Source of the DNA: Eutreptiella sp. 'Long Island Sound 2002'
Lineage: Eukaryota > Protista > Euglenida
Reading direction: 5' to 3'
NCBI GenBank assembly: GCA_964036045.1
Contig: OZ038378.1
Coordinates: 10,354,001-10,418,000 of the forward strand
DNA: 64,000 bases
The translations under genes were made by a program, and so were the position numbers. Of this stretch, positions 47,832-59,897 are shown one piece after another (the first letter of the stretch is position 1; every line of letters begins with the position of its first letter). The notes under the pieces are model-generated. The model saw only the letters and a program-made list of their open reading frames with translations, did no database searches and was not told the DNA's origin.

Positions 47832-49452
47832 ATGGACAACCGTGGTGCTGTAACGCAATTTGAATTTGGAAGATGTGCAAACAAGTCCGCGCAAATTCAA
47901 GCGAAAGAGGTCCAAGGCCCTACGGCCTCACCGTGTCCGGTCATCCAAATTGAAGACAAGAGTGACGACACTTCCGCGTTGCCCGGTGTTTACGTCCGCC
48001 ACAAAGGACGCAAGGAAAACCGAACACCCCCTTCGGAGGAAGAAGTTTTCTTGAGTGACGAGGAAAAGGGGTGTCGGGTGCGGTTCAATTCCAATGGGAG
48101 CGAGTGCGGAATGACGATGTCCGATTCCGAAGTGGCCGCATCGTCAACCGAGGACTTGGATGCTACCCAGCGCACAGAGTCCTGCACCGAGGCTGGCAAA
48201 CTCAAGCGATCCAAACGCAACAAGAAGAGCAAAGAGAAGATGGGAAACGCGGCACTCGATCCGGTCAGATACAAAACGAAGATTTGCAAGAACTGGCAAC
48301 AATCAGAGAAGTGTCCTTATGGCCCGCGATGTTTATTTGCCCATGGAGCTCGAGATATGCGGACGTACACCACCAACAACAATGCAATCCACTCCGCCGC
48401 CATCACCGAGGCCCCCGAGCGTGCATTCTACACTCTAGGCCACTTCCCTCCATTTATGCCAGTCCCTTTCGCTTCAGAAAGCGACACTGTGTGTGTGAAA
48501 GTACCACAAAGGACGGAAACCCCAAGTCCCCTTGGGCAACCACACGAGACCGAGGCGACCGTGCACCCTCATCAACAGCACGAGGAGGAGGAAGAGAATG
48601 ATCACCTCGAAGATGAGGAAGAACAGAAAGAGGAAGAGGAGGTGCGCCCTTTGCATGTCACAAGGCATCCTTTCATCCAAGGCATTCATGGTAGGGAGGT
48701 TGGATTTTTACAAAAGGAGGGAAAATGAAACCTCATCAAGCAAAGCGTGCTCCATAGGTGCGAGTATTTGGTGTATTTAGCCACGGCACACAATTGCTAC
48801 CCCCAAACTCCAAGCCTATGCATTTTCGCATCCCTTTTCAACCCTGTACAACGTGGATATGTGCCCATGTATCTTCTGCCTCATCCCTCGCTGAGGCCCT
48901 TGAGAAGGAAGTGCATCGCAGAGGGAAGTGCACGTGTGGGATGTGCACGGCGGGGGCTGTGGGAGAAGGTCAGTGCGGGGGGGTGTTGGGCCACGTCTGT
49001 GGGAGAGGGAGGCCCCTTGCCACGTTCATTTCAGGGTAGTTCCTGCAATACCTCACCCAATGCACACATTGTCGCAGGTTGCAGAGGCAGCCGCGAGCAA
49101 GTCCAGTACCGCTCAGTATACGCACTCTCCTTATACAGCCATCACAGCGCCCGCCGTCAGGTTGATGACACAACCCGGGCAAGCGCCTTGGGAGCACGAC
49201 CCAGAAGAGTTCGAGCAGCAGGCAATCTTGGGCGTGCACGACCCCTTCGTGCATCTGAATTATCCGCCGGAGATGACTCTGTTCCCATCTTCCTTTTATA
49301 TTCCCCAGGGTTACCCCATGTATCCCATGAATCCCGTTATGCCCCAGGCGCCACACTTTGGCATGGTGCCTGACCAGTTCGGCATGCTTCCGGATCCCTT
49401 TTTTGCAGGACCCGAAGTCTATCCTATGGAGTGTTACCAACCAGTTCAGTAG
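47832..49452 (+). CDS. Single CCCH (TIS11-like) zinc-finger RNA-binding protein, ~394 aa; join(47832..48641,49078..49452)
   Basis: RYKTKICKNWQQSEKCPYGPRCLFAHG (48267-48347) has C-x8-C-x5-C-x3-H spacing. The phase-0 GT-AG intron 48642-49077 (GAG|GTGCGC...GTCGCAG|GTT) joins two open frames. The ATG at 47832 is preceded by TTGCAG at 47821-26. The start codon is inferred. Confidence 0.85.
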
Positions 49453-51949
49453 CTGTCAGGCCTTTTTCACACTCCTCGTCTGATATACACGGGTCGCCAT
49501 GGGCACAGCCACTGGCGATTTGAGGGTTTGTGACAAATTGGTTTTGGCAATCATTGACTGGAGGTGTATGATACGGCAAGTTATTTGCCAAGTTCCTAAC
49601 CAGCGTCTCATGCAAGCGCGGTTCCTTTTGTTTTTCAACTAGAGGTCCACAGTTGTGGCGAGTGATCGCGAGTGATCGCGAGCGATCGTGAACAGCCGGA
49701 TCGAAGATAGAGCCAAGTCCCCCCCTTCCTGCCCCGCTTGACCCACCCAATGCAGTCATGCATGGTCAACACCCACTGTTGCTTCCATGCGAGTTTCCCT
49801 TTGCAGACCTACCTCTCGTTGGTCGGACGCTTCTGCGATGTTCCCCGGGTCACGAGCGGCCGTTAGCGACTGTGGTCTTTAGTCTATGAGTCTTTATGGG
49901 GTTCCATCAAACACTGTCAATACACATGTTAGTGCTTAGTTTTGGTGTCATGGTTTTCGAGAAATTTCTTGAAGTGTTGGCTCACCACTCGAACTTGGTT
50001 TCAGTGGCCGCCAGTGTTCTTGTTCACGGGCTTAACCATGGATACCTCTGGCAACCACCGAGGAGGCGTCCCAGAGTTGTGTGGGCCGTCCACTACATTG
50101 CCAACAGTTGACGTGTACAAGGACGAGCCTCACGATATGTGCCAAACGCACATTGGTTCCCACGTGTAGCATCATTTGTTGCTGCCTCCTTTGCACTTCT
50201 CAACAAATTGATGAGTGGAATCCAACATACAGGTGCGGGCGTGCACACACATGCATCGCACGTGTAAGCATGAAAAAATGATGCCACAGCATGAAAGTAT
50301 AACATATTCACACGTGCAGGCGCTTGCACAGGCACATGCACAGGTACACACAGGCATGCACATGCATTCGCAAGCAGATTCATGTGCATTTATACAAGCA
50401 CAGGCACTGAGTGGTTCAGGACACCACTTTGCTGTCCAGGATCGCAGTTGTCAGTAGGCACGCCACATCTATTGCTTTTCCTCTCCTGTCTTTCTTTGTC
50501 AATATCCTCGACAGCAGCTGCTGTGTCTAGTGCTTGTCAGCACTCCATACTAGGCACACAATAGCAAAACGTCCTTCTGAAAGCCATGTACTGACATACA
50601 AACTCTTTCTCTGCAACCGTGTTGCGTCTCAAATACAACCAATGCCGATCTCTGCTTGCCTGTGCTTGCATGTGAGAAATGTTACCAACCAGAAGATATG
50701 GTGCTCTTAGCTGTTCTGTCAAATCTGCATCTCGTGGCAAGAATCTGAAATCAGAAACCCAAGGCTATCGGCACAAAGTTCCATTTTTTTACAAGGTGTT
50801 CCGGTGGATTCATTGTTATTTTGTCACGAATGATTACGAAACATTACAACCTACATTGTCACGAAACATTACAACCCATGTATACAATCACCAGAATCAG
50901 TTTTCCCTAGTGCAGCTCCGGCGAACCGGGGCACGACACCCACTATTGATCATACCCCGTGCGATCCCCGACCTATGCATGCATGTTAGTGCGATTGTTC
51001 ATTCTGCCGCAAGAAAATTTTCATTGTTGTTGAGCAAGTTTTGAAACAGGATGGAAAACACAAAGCATGGAATGCCAACCCGCAAGGGATCGAAAACAAT
51101 GCAAGGTGATATTTGTTTGACAATGATTGTTTCGGAATTATGTTCATTTTTGATTGACATCGATGACATTGTGTTGTGGATGAAACCAAAAGTAACTTTT
51201 TCATCGATGGGCCATCAGGCGCCGCGTGGTTGCTGTGCGGCGTGGCGTGTTGGTGTCCATGGCACTTGGGTTCTCGTTCACCGGGTGGTGGCCGTGTGGC
51301 GCTCAGCGTGATCGTGTTTTTTGGTGTCGTGCAAGTCCCTGTGGAGGCTGCTGGGTTTGGTGTGTGTTGTAGTGCCCGTGGCACTTGGGCTTATGTTCAC
51401 CATGTTTGGTCCCGTATTGTTTGCCATTTTCATTGGCTGGTAGTGTGTGCCCACTCCATTCAGGCATGTTTTTCATTTTTGCCTTTGTCTAATATTACCC
51501 ACCCATCCGCCAAGATATGAAAACAGAAAAAAGGGGGGGGGGGGCAGTTTAAATTAATAAAACGGGAACCACCCGGCGCTTGGTTCCCTGCACGCCGCTC
51601 TTTGTAGCTTGTCCCCATCTTGCAATGCATAGTACTGGGCGGGTAAGATGCTTTCATATTGCGATTCTGGTTGGTGTTTTGTGGTCTCCCCCGTTGAATG
51701 TGCCGCTCATGTGGCCTACTACACAGTTGTGTGTTTGCTTGTGTTGCCATGCCGGTGCCGTTGACGATTCCGTACTTCTGTGTTCTGTGTGTGGTGTGTT
51801 TCATCGTGGTTGGGTTTTGGCAGGTTAGGCGGTCAGTGGCTGAGCTGCCCGTGTTCCGTTGCCTTTTGCTTGCTTGGTGTTGTTGTGGTAGTGTTGTTTT
51901 TGTATGTGTGATATCCGGCAGCAAGTATTTCTAGTTGAGTGGGTTGGTT

Positions 51950-52400
51950 TGGGGTACATTCAACTCAGCCGGTCCAAGGTACAGTGCACTGTACATCCCG
52001 TTGAGCGGGTCCAAGCTACCTCCAATTGAGCCGGTTCAAGGTACGCAATGCATTTCCAGTTTAGCAGCGGCAAGGTACCTCCGGCTAAGTGCGTTCAAGA
52101 TATGTTGTGTTGAGCAGCTCCAAGATGCCTGCAGTTGACCTCGTCCATGGTAACGCAACAGAGCGGGTCTAAAGTACCTGCAATTGACTTGGTCAAACTT
52201 GGCACCATATGGGCAGGTCCAAGGTAACTACACTTCAGCGGAGCCAAGGTCCCTCCATCAAAATGATGTGAAAGTAAGTCCTATTGGGTATGTTTACCTT
52301 GGATTAGGTGAACTATAAGTACCTTGGGTCCGCTCAATACGGCGTACTTTGGACCGATTTAGCTGAAGGTATTTTCAACCAGCTCTACAACTAGTATCTT
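51950..52400. repeat. Degenerate ~25-bp motif array (TTGAGCGGGTCCAAGGTAC) with inverted copies at the right end
   Basis: CCAAGGTAC-like cores recur from about 51974 to 52250. Reverse-complement copies (GTACCTTGGGTCCGCTCAA) occur at about 52319-52337. Confidence 0.55.
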
Positions 52401-53070
52401 TGTACCTCTAGTGTAGCGGGTCATCTTGAGGGTACAAAACCGTGATTACCTCCATTTTGGGCCCGTAGAAAGCGGCGCAAAACATTTTTTTCCCATTCTT
52501 TGCTCGCTGTTTTGCTGACTTACCTAGCAAAATGTGCTTACGATACCTGTATTGGGCACTTTCTGATGGTTTACACTGTTACAAACTCGTTCCCAAGACC
52601 ATTTCCGATTTCAGTTCTGAAAATTGATGTTTCCTTTGAAACCGGCCCAAGGGGTCAAGAGCAGAGGTCGTAGTGGTAAGGGCAGCAACATAGCTCAGAC
52701 ATAGCAATGATAGAAGGCTGATAGTATGCTGCAAACAGATGAGGTGCAAATAGCCCTAGCAATACCTGATATGCACATATGGGATATTAAACCTATCATC
52801 CAATAAGTTTTATAAAAACAAAGGATCCAAGATTGCCTTATCTATCTCACATCCTATGTTCCTAACAAAGAAATGGAATGTAAAATACAAAGTCCCATAT
52901 ATAGGGTCAAATAATGATCCCTGAGGGGCAATGTGCTAGGGTAAGGTAACCTGCTTCACCCCCCTATTTAAAATGACAGCCACGGGCAGGAAGTACATGC
53001 CCAAGAGGAATGCAGCAGTCACAAAACTACAAAGTGCATCAAATGCCAGCATGTCACATGATCTGTCATA

Positions 53071-53146
53071 GTGGGATTCGAACCCACGCTGGCCATTTGC
53101 GCATCGGCCGCACGGCCGCTGAAGTAACCGTAATCGAACCACCGCC
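53071..53146 (-). other. tRNA-derived pseudo-sequence / possible SINE head
   Basis: Perfect T-arm GTGGG-TTCGAAT-CCCAC on the minus strand (53087-53071). No acceptor stem or D-arm pairing found. Confidence 0.4.
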
Positions 53147-54323
53147 AAAATAGTAAAATTTCATAGCGAAATCCCGCAGACACCCGATAAGTAGTCGGCG
53201 GAATGACGAGCTGTTGCACGCAGAGTTTGGTCCCCGTGTGTCACCAATGGCATTGTGGGGGCCAGTAAGTAAATTGGTAGCTTTATTGAGAATTAAAACT
53301 AAAGGCAAAGTGAAATCACACTAGTAACCAATTAAGAAAGTAATGGTACCTGCAAAAGGGCGCAATGCGACAGTGCCAAAATTTTACCTTTTGACAAAAG
53401 GTAACCACAAACATTCACACACGAGTGCGCTCGTAGCATAGGACCTTGCTTGCAACAGCGAACACGTAGGAGGTTAGGAATAGAGACAACTAACGTGATG
53501 ACCCGTGTCTTGTCACTGTCTTGTGCCGTGCTACTGCCAGTTAACAAACACTCCCACGATGGCCCCACAGTGCGCGCAGTAGCTACACAAATTAGAGGGA
53601 AGAGGCCACGATGGCCCAAGGGTAAGTGATCACTAGGCACTAAACACTAGGCAAAAAGCAAAAAACAAGCACGATGCCCACCCCTTCAATCTTCGTGCTT
53701 CAGAGAGTTTATGAGAGCTTGTATGTGCTTGATGTCCTTGATGTCTTGCTGTAACCTTGCAGCAACGAGTGAGCTCTTGCTTGTGAGATGTAATGCTTGT
53801 TTAACCTCTTTATTGAAAAGCCAGAAACAAGGCCTAGCCAAAGGCCCAATTGAAACCGACAAGCCAAACACAATTTGTGATGCAAGTCGCCAGCCGGGCG
53901 CCCGGACCGAAGATGAGCCAAGGGCCGTGGCTTGCATGTTTGTGCTTACAATGGGCGCGGCTCAACCAAGGGCCGTGACCCAACCCTGATTTAATTGTAG
54001 CATGTGTGCTACACGTGATGCATGACGTAGAGGGTAAAGGATGTAGGTACGGCGTGGGCTGTGGGTTTGAGTAGACACACTTCAATAGACACATGAGTTG
54101 ACCATGTAATAATAACTTGAGTAAGGTTTGTAACCGGTTTTGGCGATTAACCCATTAATCGGTTAATCGGCAACTATCGTCGATAATTTTTGAAAAAATT
54201 GCATTGAATCGGTTATTTTTAAAAAAACGCCATCATATTGATCATTTAATCAGAAATCCCGCTGCGAAGCGCGCCGCAAACATCGCGCAGCGCAGCGCCC
54301 GAATTACCTAATAAAAAAGTACT

Positions 54324-54391
54324 ACCAGCAGGATTTGAACGTGTGTCCGATGCATTCATGGTCCCATGCATTTCCGCTGAACGACGCCAAC
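54324..54391 (-). other. Second, more degenerate tRNA-like / SINE-head sequence
   Basis: The minus strand reads GTTGGCGTCGTTCAGCGG...CACGTTCAAATCCTGC (weak A-box-like and B-box-like motifs). Confidence 0.25.
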
Positions 54392-54433
54392 CTACTCAAG
54401 TTTTCAAACCCTCACCAATGTTTGAGCACATAT

Positions 54434-55021
54434 TGTAGCTCACTGGCTTGGCTCAAGGGTTAGGGATGGTCCTGGGGTCGTAGCTTCGGTAGATTGGGCG
54501 GCACTCCCACTCCTTCTAAACACCACCACATGCAAGACCCCGCCGAGCCTTCGGGAATCGCTTGCCACATTGTTAGCACCCTTGATGGGGGGCGTCATCG
54601 TGGGCAAGACCTAGTCCTAGTGGTGGTGGGAGCGCTCCAGTAAGACCCGGGTTAGGGGTTTGAATGGCATTAAGACCCCCAAAAATAGCACGCCCCACTT
54701 CCACCCCAGGCTATACGCCACGCCACCCCACCCCAAGGACTCTCAAGCCAAGCGGTGAGAGAGGTAGAAAGTGGGGTAAACATGTGGTACCCACTGCCCT
54801 GCTCCGGTGGGGACTGTTGTAATCGAAGGGCGCGCCGTGCATGCACCCTATTGTACCTGTCTCCCACCGCTTCTTGCTCTCTCCTCCTTTCTCCACACAA
54901 TAATACAGTCACATATTGTTTTGCTCTTTTTCCTAGCACGCTCAAGAGGGCGGTCTACCAAGGTGGGCGAGGAGGTCAATGGCTTGAGTGAGGTTATGTG
55001 TCCTCAGATACTCTCGCCACA
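54434..55021 (-). repeat. Candidate 3' LTR (~588 bp)
   Basis: The minus strand begins TGTGGC after a purine run (AAAAAAAATGG) and ends GCTACA (imperfect TG...CA inverted ends). No partner LTR in the window, so the boundaries are tentative. Confidence 0.45.
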
Positions 55022-55127
55022 CCATTTTTTTTGGGCATGGCGGTTTCCCGCCCAAAGTGTAGCAACAAACCTTATTGTACACCTTATTGTAGGAAGGTAA
55101 GAAGGTCTCAACATGCTCCTTGGTATC

Positions 55128-56354
55128 TCAATCCTTAGTGTAGCCCTGGGACCGCACTTTAAAGAGAAGTCTATTGCGCTGTTTACGATGCCCCAATATT
55201 TTTTTCACCATGTAGGTGTCCTCCTCAAGCTGCGAAGGCACCCGTGCAACATCCTCCGTGTATGTTAGAGGCACGGGGGATCGGGGCGAGTGGACTTTTT
55301 TCATTAGACAATCAACGTAGACTTCAACCAACCTCTGTTGGTCCACTTGAATGACATAGAGGTCGTGTGCCTTCTTGGCCACCACCTCATAGGGCCCATC
55401 CCAATAAGGGCACATTTTATCGCCAAGATTTTTACGTTGGCGAGGGACCGACATACGGGCCCCCGTTGAGAAATTCGGAGACATTCTTCTCCGTTTATTG
55501 TACTTATGGGCCATTGTCTCTTGCACGTGAGTCATAGCCCTACGTGCAAGAGGATGAAGCTGCTCACGTCTCTCGAAATAATGCACAGCGTCTTGGGCAA
55601 CCGCCTTTAGTTCTGCAAGAGGAGGTCCTTTAGTATGGTTGTGCGTACCAAAAACCATTTCATTGGGCGTATAACCTGAAAGACCTGTAGTCTCATGCCA
55701 CGCCCGTACCACGGCGGGCAAAACCTCGACCCAATTAGTGCCCTCTTTCAAGGTGAGGGCTTTAGCAACGGCATGCCTTAGCTGCTTGCCAGTACTCTCG
55801 GCTTTACCCTTGCCTTGGTGCCTACCCGCAAGACACATAGTCGAGCGGGCACCAATTTTGGAACAAAGGGTTTGGAAATATTGGCTCACAAATTGTGGGC
55901 CGCGGTCGGAGCATATCTCACGAGGGGCTCCGAACCTATCTACCCAACAGTCCATTATCAAATGGGCTGCCCTTTTCCCCGTTAGCCCCTCATCCTTGTC
56001 TTCGTGGCGAGGGTTAGGAATAGGGAGCGCGATGAGATAGCCGGAAAGCCGGCATACAGATAGGAGCATTCGATCATACTCGTCTCCATCGTGAGAGGTA
56101 GAGGGATAGTGAAACACATCAAGCGCTATAGAGTCCATCGGCTCCATAGGTATGGGCATAGGAGTCATATACCCATTTTTGCGCTTGGTGTCATGCTTGT
56201 GAATGGCACATGAGGGACACGTTTGACATTGCAGTTCCACTGCTTTGTACAATCCCTCACCTTCCACGCCATGGTTTACCTCTTTTCGGTGTTTCTCCAC
56301 ACTGGAAGTAGTTAGGTGAAGTGTATCATGGTATTCGGTAACGAAACGGTGCAC
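55128..56354 (-). pseudogene. Retroelement integrase (HHCC, DDE, GPY) with a degenerate C-terminal chromodomain
   Basis: YHDTLH...CQTCPSC; SIALDVF, CSDRGPQF, GKAEST; WDGPYEVV; YMVKKILGHRKQRNRLLFKVRSQGY. The frame is broken upstream and at the chromodomain. Confidence 0.9.
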
Positions 56355-57639
56355 CAGAGGCGTAGGGACTTGTCGTCCACCAACCTCACTCCGTCAGAGA
56401 AATTCCCATTCAAGGCATCTTGCCACATTTTTTTGTAACGATCACAATGTGGGTAGTGCCCAATTTATCTCAAATACATTGGGAGCATCCTCCCGATGTA
56501 TTTTGTATAAGTGTTGCCCTTTTGTGGGACTTCCACGATTTTCTTATCTTGACGATTCGCTCCAGTCTTCGAAGCATTTTATTTTGCTTCACCCCCCCCC
56601 CCCCCACTGAAGCCGAATCCTGAGGGGGTGGAACACACGGGAGCACCCCAGTAGCCCGCAGCGCCGCTTTAGCGCGGGACCTGGTAATAACGGGCGCCAA
56701 AATTGCCCCAAACATAAGTGGACTGGCGAGGAGTTCGTTCTTCTCGGCCGCCATAATGTCCTGCACGTCCCCGTCCGCTTTGGCCGTCCCATGTATGGAC
56801 ACATCGTCCAAAACTGGGTTAGCAGGGTACGCCCAACGGGACAAGAAATCACCTACAGGGTTCACGGGTCCAGGGGTGTACACCACGTGGAGGTCAAATT
56901 TAGAAAACAATTCATGCCAACTTGCTTGGCGTGGAGAGGGACCCCCCCACAGTTTTGAGGTCCTCCGTCGCCCAATTTTCAAAGCTACGGTGGTCCGTAC
57001 GGACCTCCATTTGCTTGTTCCCCACCCAACCATGCCATTTGAGAAGTGCCGCCACTATGGCATAGCACTCTTTTTCCCGCGGGCTCCAATTCAATTCGCT
57101 GCCTGACAATTTACGTGAGAAAAAGGCAAGAGGGCGCAGGGCGCCATCGGGACCTTCCTACTGTAGGGCCACCCCCACCGCCCAATTACTAGCGTCCGGG
57201 GTGAGGACCAAGTCCTTATCCCAATCGGCTAGTTGTAGGGGTTGTTTTGAAGAATGCTAAGAAAACACCACTGGTTTTACAAACATCAAGTTTGCATTGG
57301 AGTCCCTGCATCATTGGCTTGCTCATCTGTTATGAACACCGTTTTCGTTATATTGTGAAAAACGTGTACTCGGCCCGCTGTGTTTTGTGAAAAATAATGA
57401 AATCAAAGAACGCGTTGGAAAGAGACTGGCTATCCCATTGTGCAATCGCTTGTTATTGTACAACATCGAGACCTCTTGGGATAGGGGCCTAGAACAAGAT
57501 ATTCTTTAGCCCAAATAAAAACTGCTGGCCACACCTCATTTGCGCAAAACAATTGTGTCAACATATGAGCACTTGACGCTTAGTGCACCCCAACACATGT
57601 ACCTCACAGTGACTACGTAGTGGCACAAAAACAAATGGC

Positions 57640-58060
57640 TACATAACCTCTATGGTCTCGGCGGTCTCAATGCTCAGCCCGGGGAGAGAAGCAGAATAGC
57701 CTATCCAGCCTCTCCATATCCGGAGCCCAAAAAATGTCAAAATGCCTCCACAACCCATGCCCTTTCAGTGGTTCCCAATATGCAATGCGGACACAGAATC
57801 AACTACCCAACCCCCGCCCTATTGGGGACCCATTAAAGAGGAAAATAGCGACGGAACCCCTACCATATCTTGGGTTGGAGGCAGCAGGAATGGCTACCAA
57901 ACCCCTGCCGTCTAGGAGGCCCAAATATGGCCAACTGGCTACATCGCTATTGCCTTCTTAGGGGTCCCCAACACTCAATGCGGGGGCAAAATCACAATTG
58001 GCTACCTCACCTATGCTATCTTCAAGGCCCAAAAGTGGGCAAAAGTGGGTACATAGCTCC
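57640..58060 (+). repeat. Diverged relatives of the 85-bp unit (GGCTAC(A/G)TAACC / ACCCCTGCCG motifs)
   Basis: Repeated GGCTACA/GGCTACC cores and CCCCTGCCGTCT. The same motifs occur at 63555-63760. Confidence 0.5.
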
Positions 58061-58824
58061 GTTTTCCCGTAACTTATTGACAATTTTTCTTTTCTACGAA
58101 AAACTTTACTTACCAACATCTTTTTTTCTTTTCTACTAAATGTTGGAACTTAGTTAAAACCCACCCGCAGAGGGAAGGCTTCGTCACAAAACATTTTTTA
58201 ATTGGTTTTCAAAATGCAGTGGAAATTTTTGTTCAAAAATTTTATTACTAATTACTAGTTTTTCCACAGACCCTCAGGAAGCCAACAGAAACCTCCTTTC
58301 CACAGCCCGATGTATGCAGCCTGACATACTAAGAGGCTACAGACACACCATTCATTTGACTGGTGATCGGCAAAACGACATGAACTTCCAGAGTCCGCCT
58401 TCAACTACCCACATCAATCCCTTACCTTTCGCAGCAACAACCTTGCTCGTCTGACTGGTGGCACCACTTGGGTGGAATCAGGACCACAATAAGCACAACC
58501 TGAGCACAAATCCCGAAACCAAGAAATGCGAGACACACTCTTTATGCATGTTTACTGATGGACCATGAGAATAAGTGACCAAAGCACGCGATGAAGACAA
58601 GTACCTTTCTGCCTGTGCCTGATGGGTAAGATCCGAACTTGGTTTGTGTTGTTCAACCCTCCCAGCCCTGTCAACCAGCACATTGAGTGCATTTATTTGG
58701 TGCCCATAGTGGTTGTGTGCTCTTCGTATATTTACACTTTTGTTGGCAGCGAGAACTATTCACATCTATTGGTCAGCCATGCGGTACCAAAGCTATCTGC
58801 CTGCCATTCTCTCCGGTTGCGCAA

Positions 58825-58832
58825 GAGTGAGT

Positions 58833-58874
<42 letters not shown>
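58825..58874 (+). repeat. (GAGT)n(GA)n microsatellite
   Basis: Direct reading of the sequence. Confidence 0.95.
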
Positions 58875-58878
<4 letters not shown>

Positions 58879-59336
58879 GTACGTGTGTGTGTATGTGTGT
58901 GTTTGTAGAGGGGGGAATGCCATATTAAAGAGGAAGGCCTGCATGGGTCCAGGGGTGGGCGCCCAGTGGAGGGGGCCTGTGCCAAAAAGGATGTCTGATG
59001 AGAAACCATCATGACTGCACTGGCCCCCCTTTGAGTGTCGTCACCCTCGCCTAGGCCAGAGCCTGTGTGTGTTTGTAGAGGTGTGTGGCTCATTAATGAA
59101 CACACAGTTTCTACAGTTCCATGGGTGCTGGTCAGATTTGTGGGTTATGTGAAGTTGATTGTGTTGATTTGTTGTGCTTAAGTGTGTGTCACTGTGTATG
59201 CCAAACGCCAAATGCCCTCCGAGGCTTTCTCAATGTACCCATGCACCCCCTTTGTCATCTGCGGCAACCGTCTGTCGCCTGTGCAAGTTCATGGCCAAAG
59301 CAGTCGGTGGTGCTCACCAGGTGTCTGCACCCTGAC

Positions 59337-59432
59337 GTGATAGGCAGTGTGAGCCATTTGTATTGGGGAGCCCTGGACACCAGTGTGATAGGCAGTGTGA
59401 GCCATTTGTATTGGGGAGCCCTGGACACCAGT
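59337..59432 (+). repeat. Perfect 48-bp tandem duplication
   Basis: GTGATAGGCAGTGTGAGCCATTTGTATTGGGGAGCCCTGGACACCAGT x2 (59337-59384, 59385-59432). Confidence 0.95.
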
Positions 59433-59897
59433 GTGGAGCAGCTGCAGCCTTCCATGGGCGCTTTGCTGCCCGCGGCCTTTTATGAGTATCCAACAGCGTT
59501 GCATGACGCCCTTTTTGTTCGGCGAATGCCCTTCGGACCACGCAGCATGCGCCATACTCCCGCTGAAGGGAACCGGAGAACAGCGAAGGGAAGCGGGGAA
59601 AAAGTGTTCTGCGGCGCGCAGTCGTGAACAGCCCCTCTTCAACGGGCAGTCGTGAACGAGCCGTCCTGAAGCACCGAAGAAGGGGGGCACACCACGTACC
59701 TGTGCTGCCTCGGCGGGGGGCGGCGGGGGAGTGCTCGGAACTCAGCTGTGGTGCCTTTGGGCTGGGCCGTGCGCCCCATGGGTGTGTGGCACCCTCAGAG
59801 GGGCCTATGGTGTCTTGGGAGTGGGCAGGGAGTGCCATGCAACCGGTGGACATTCAGATGCCCCCCAAATGGTGTGCGCGGGGGGGGGGTGGGGGGG

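Larger units (their letters stand above)
54434..57243 (-). mobile_element. 5'-truncated Ty3/Gypsy LTR retrotransposon (chromovirus-type): RNase H - integrase - chromodomain - candidate 3' LTR
   Basis: RNase H motifs TPDASNWAVGVALQ*, RPLAFFSRKL, SPREKECYAIV and RTDHRS, followed by integrase and chromodomain in Gypsy order. No RT or gag recognised upstream of about 57243. Confidence 0.9.
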
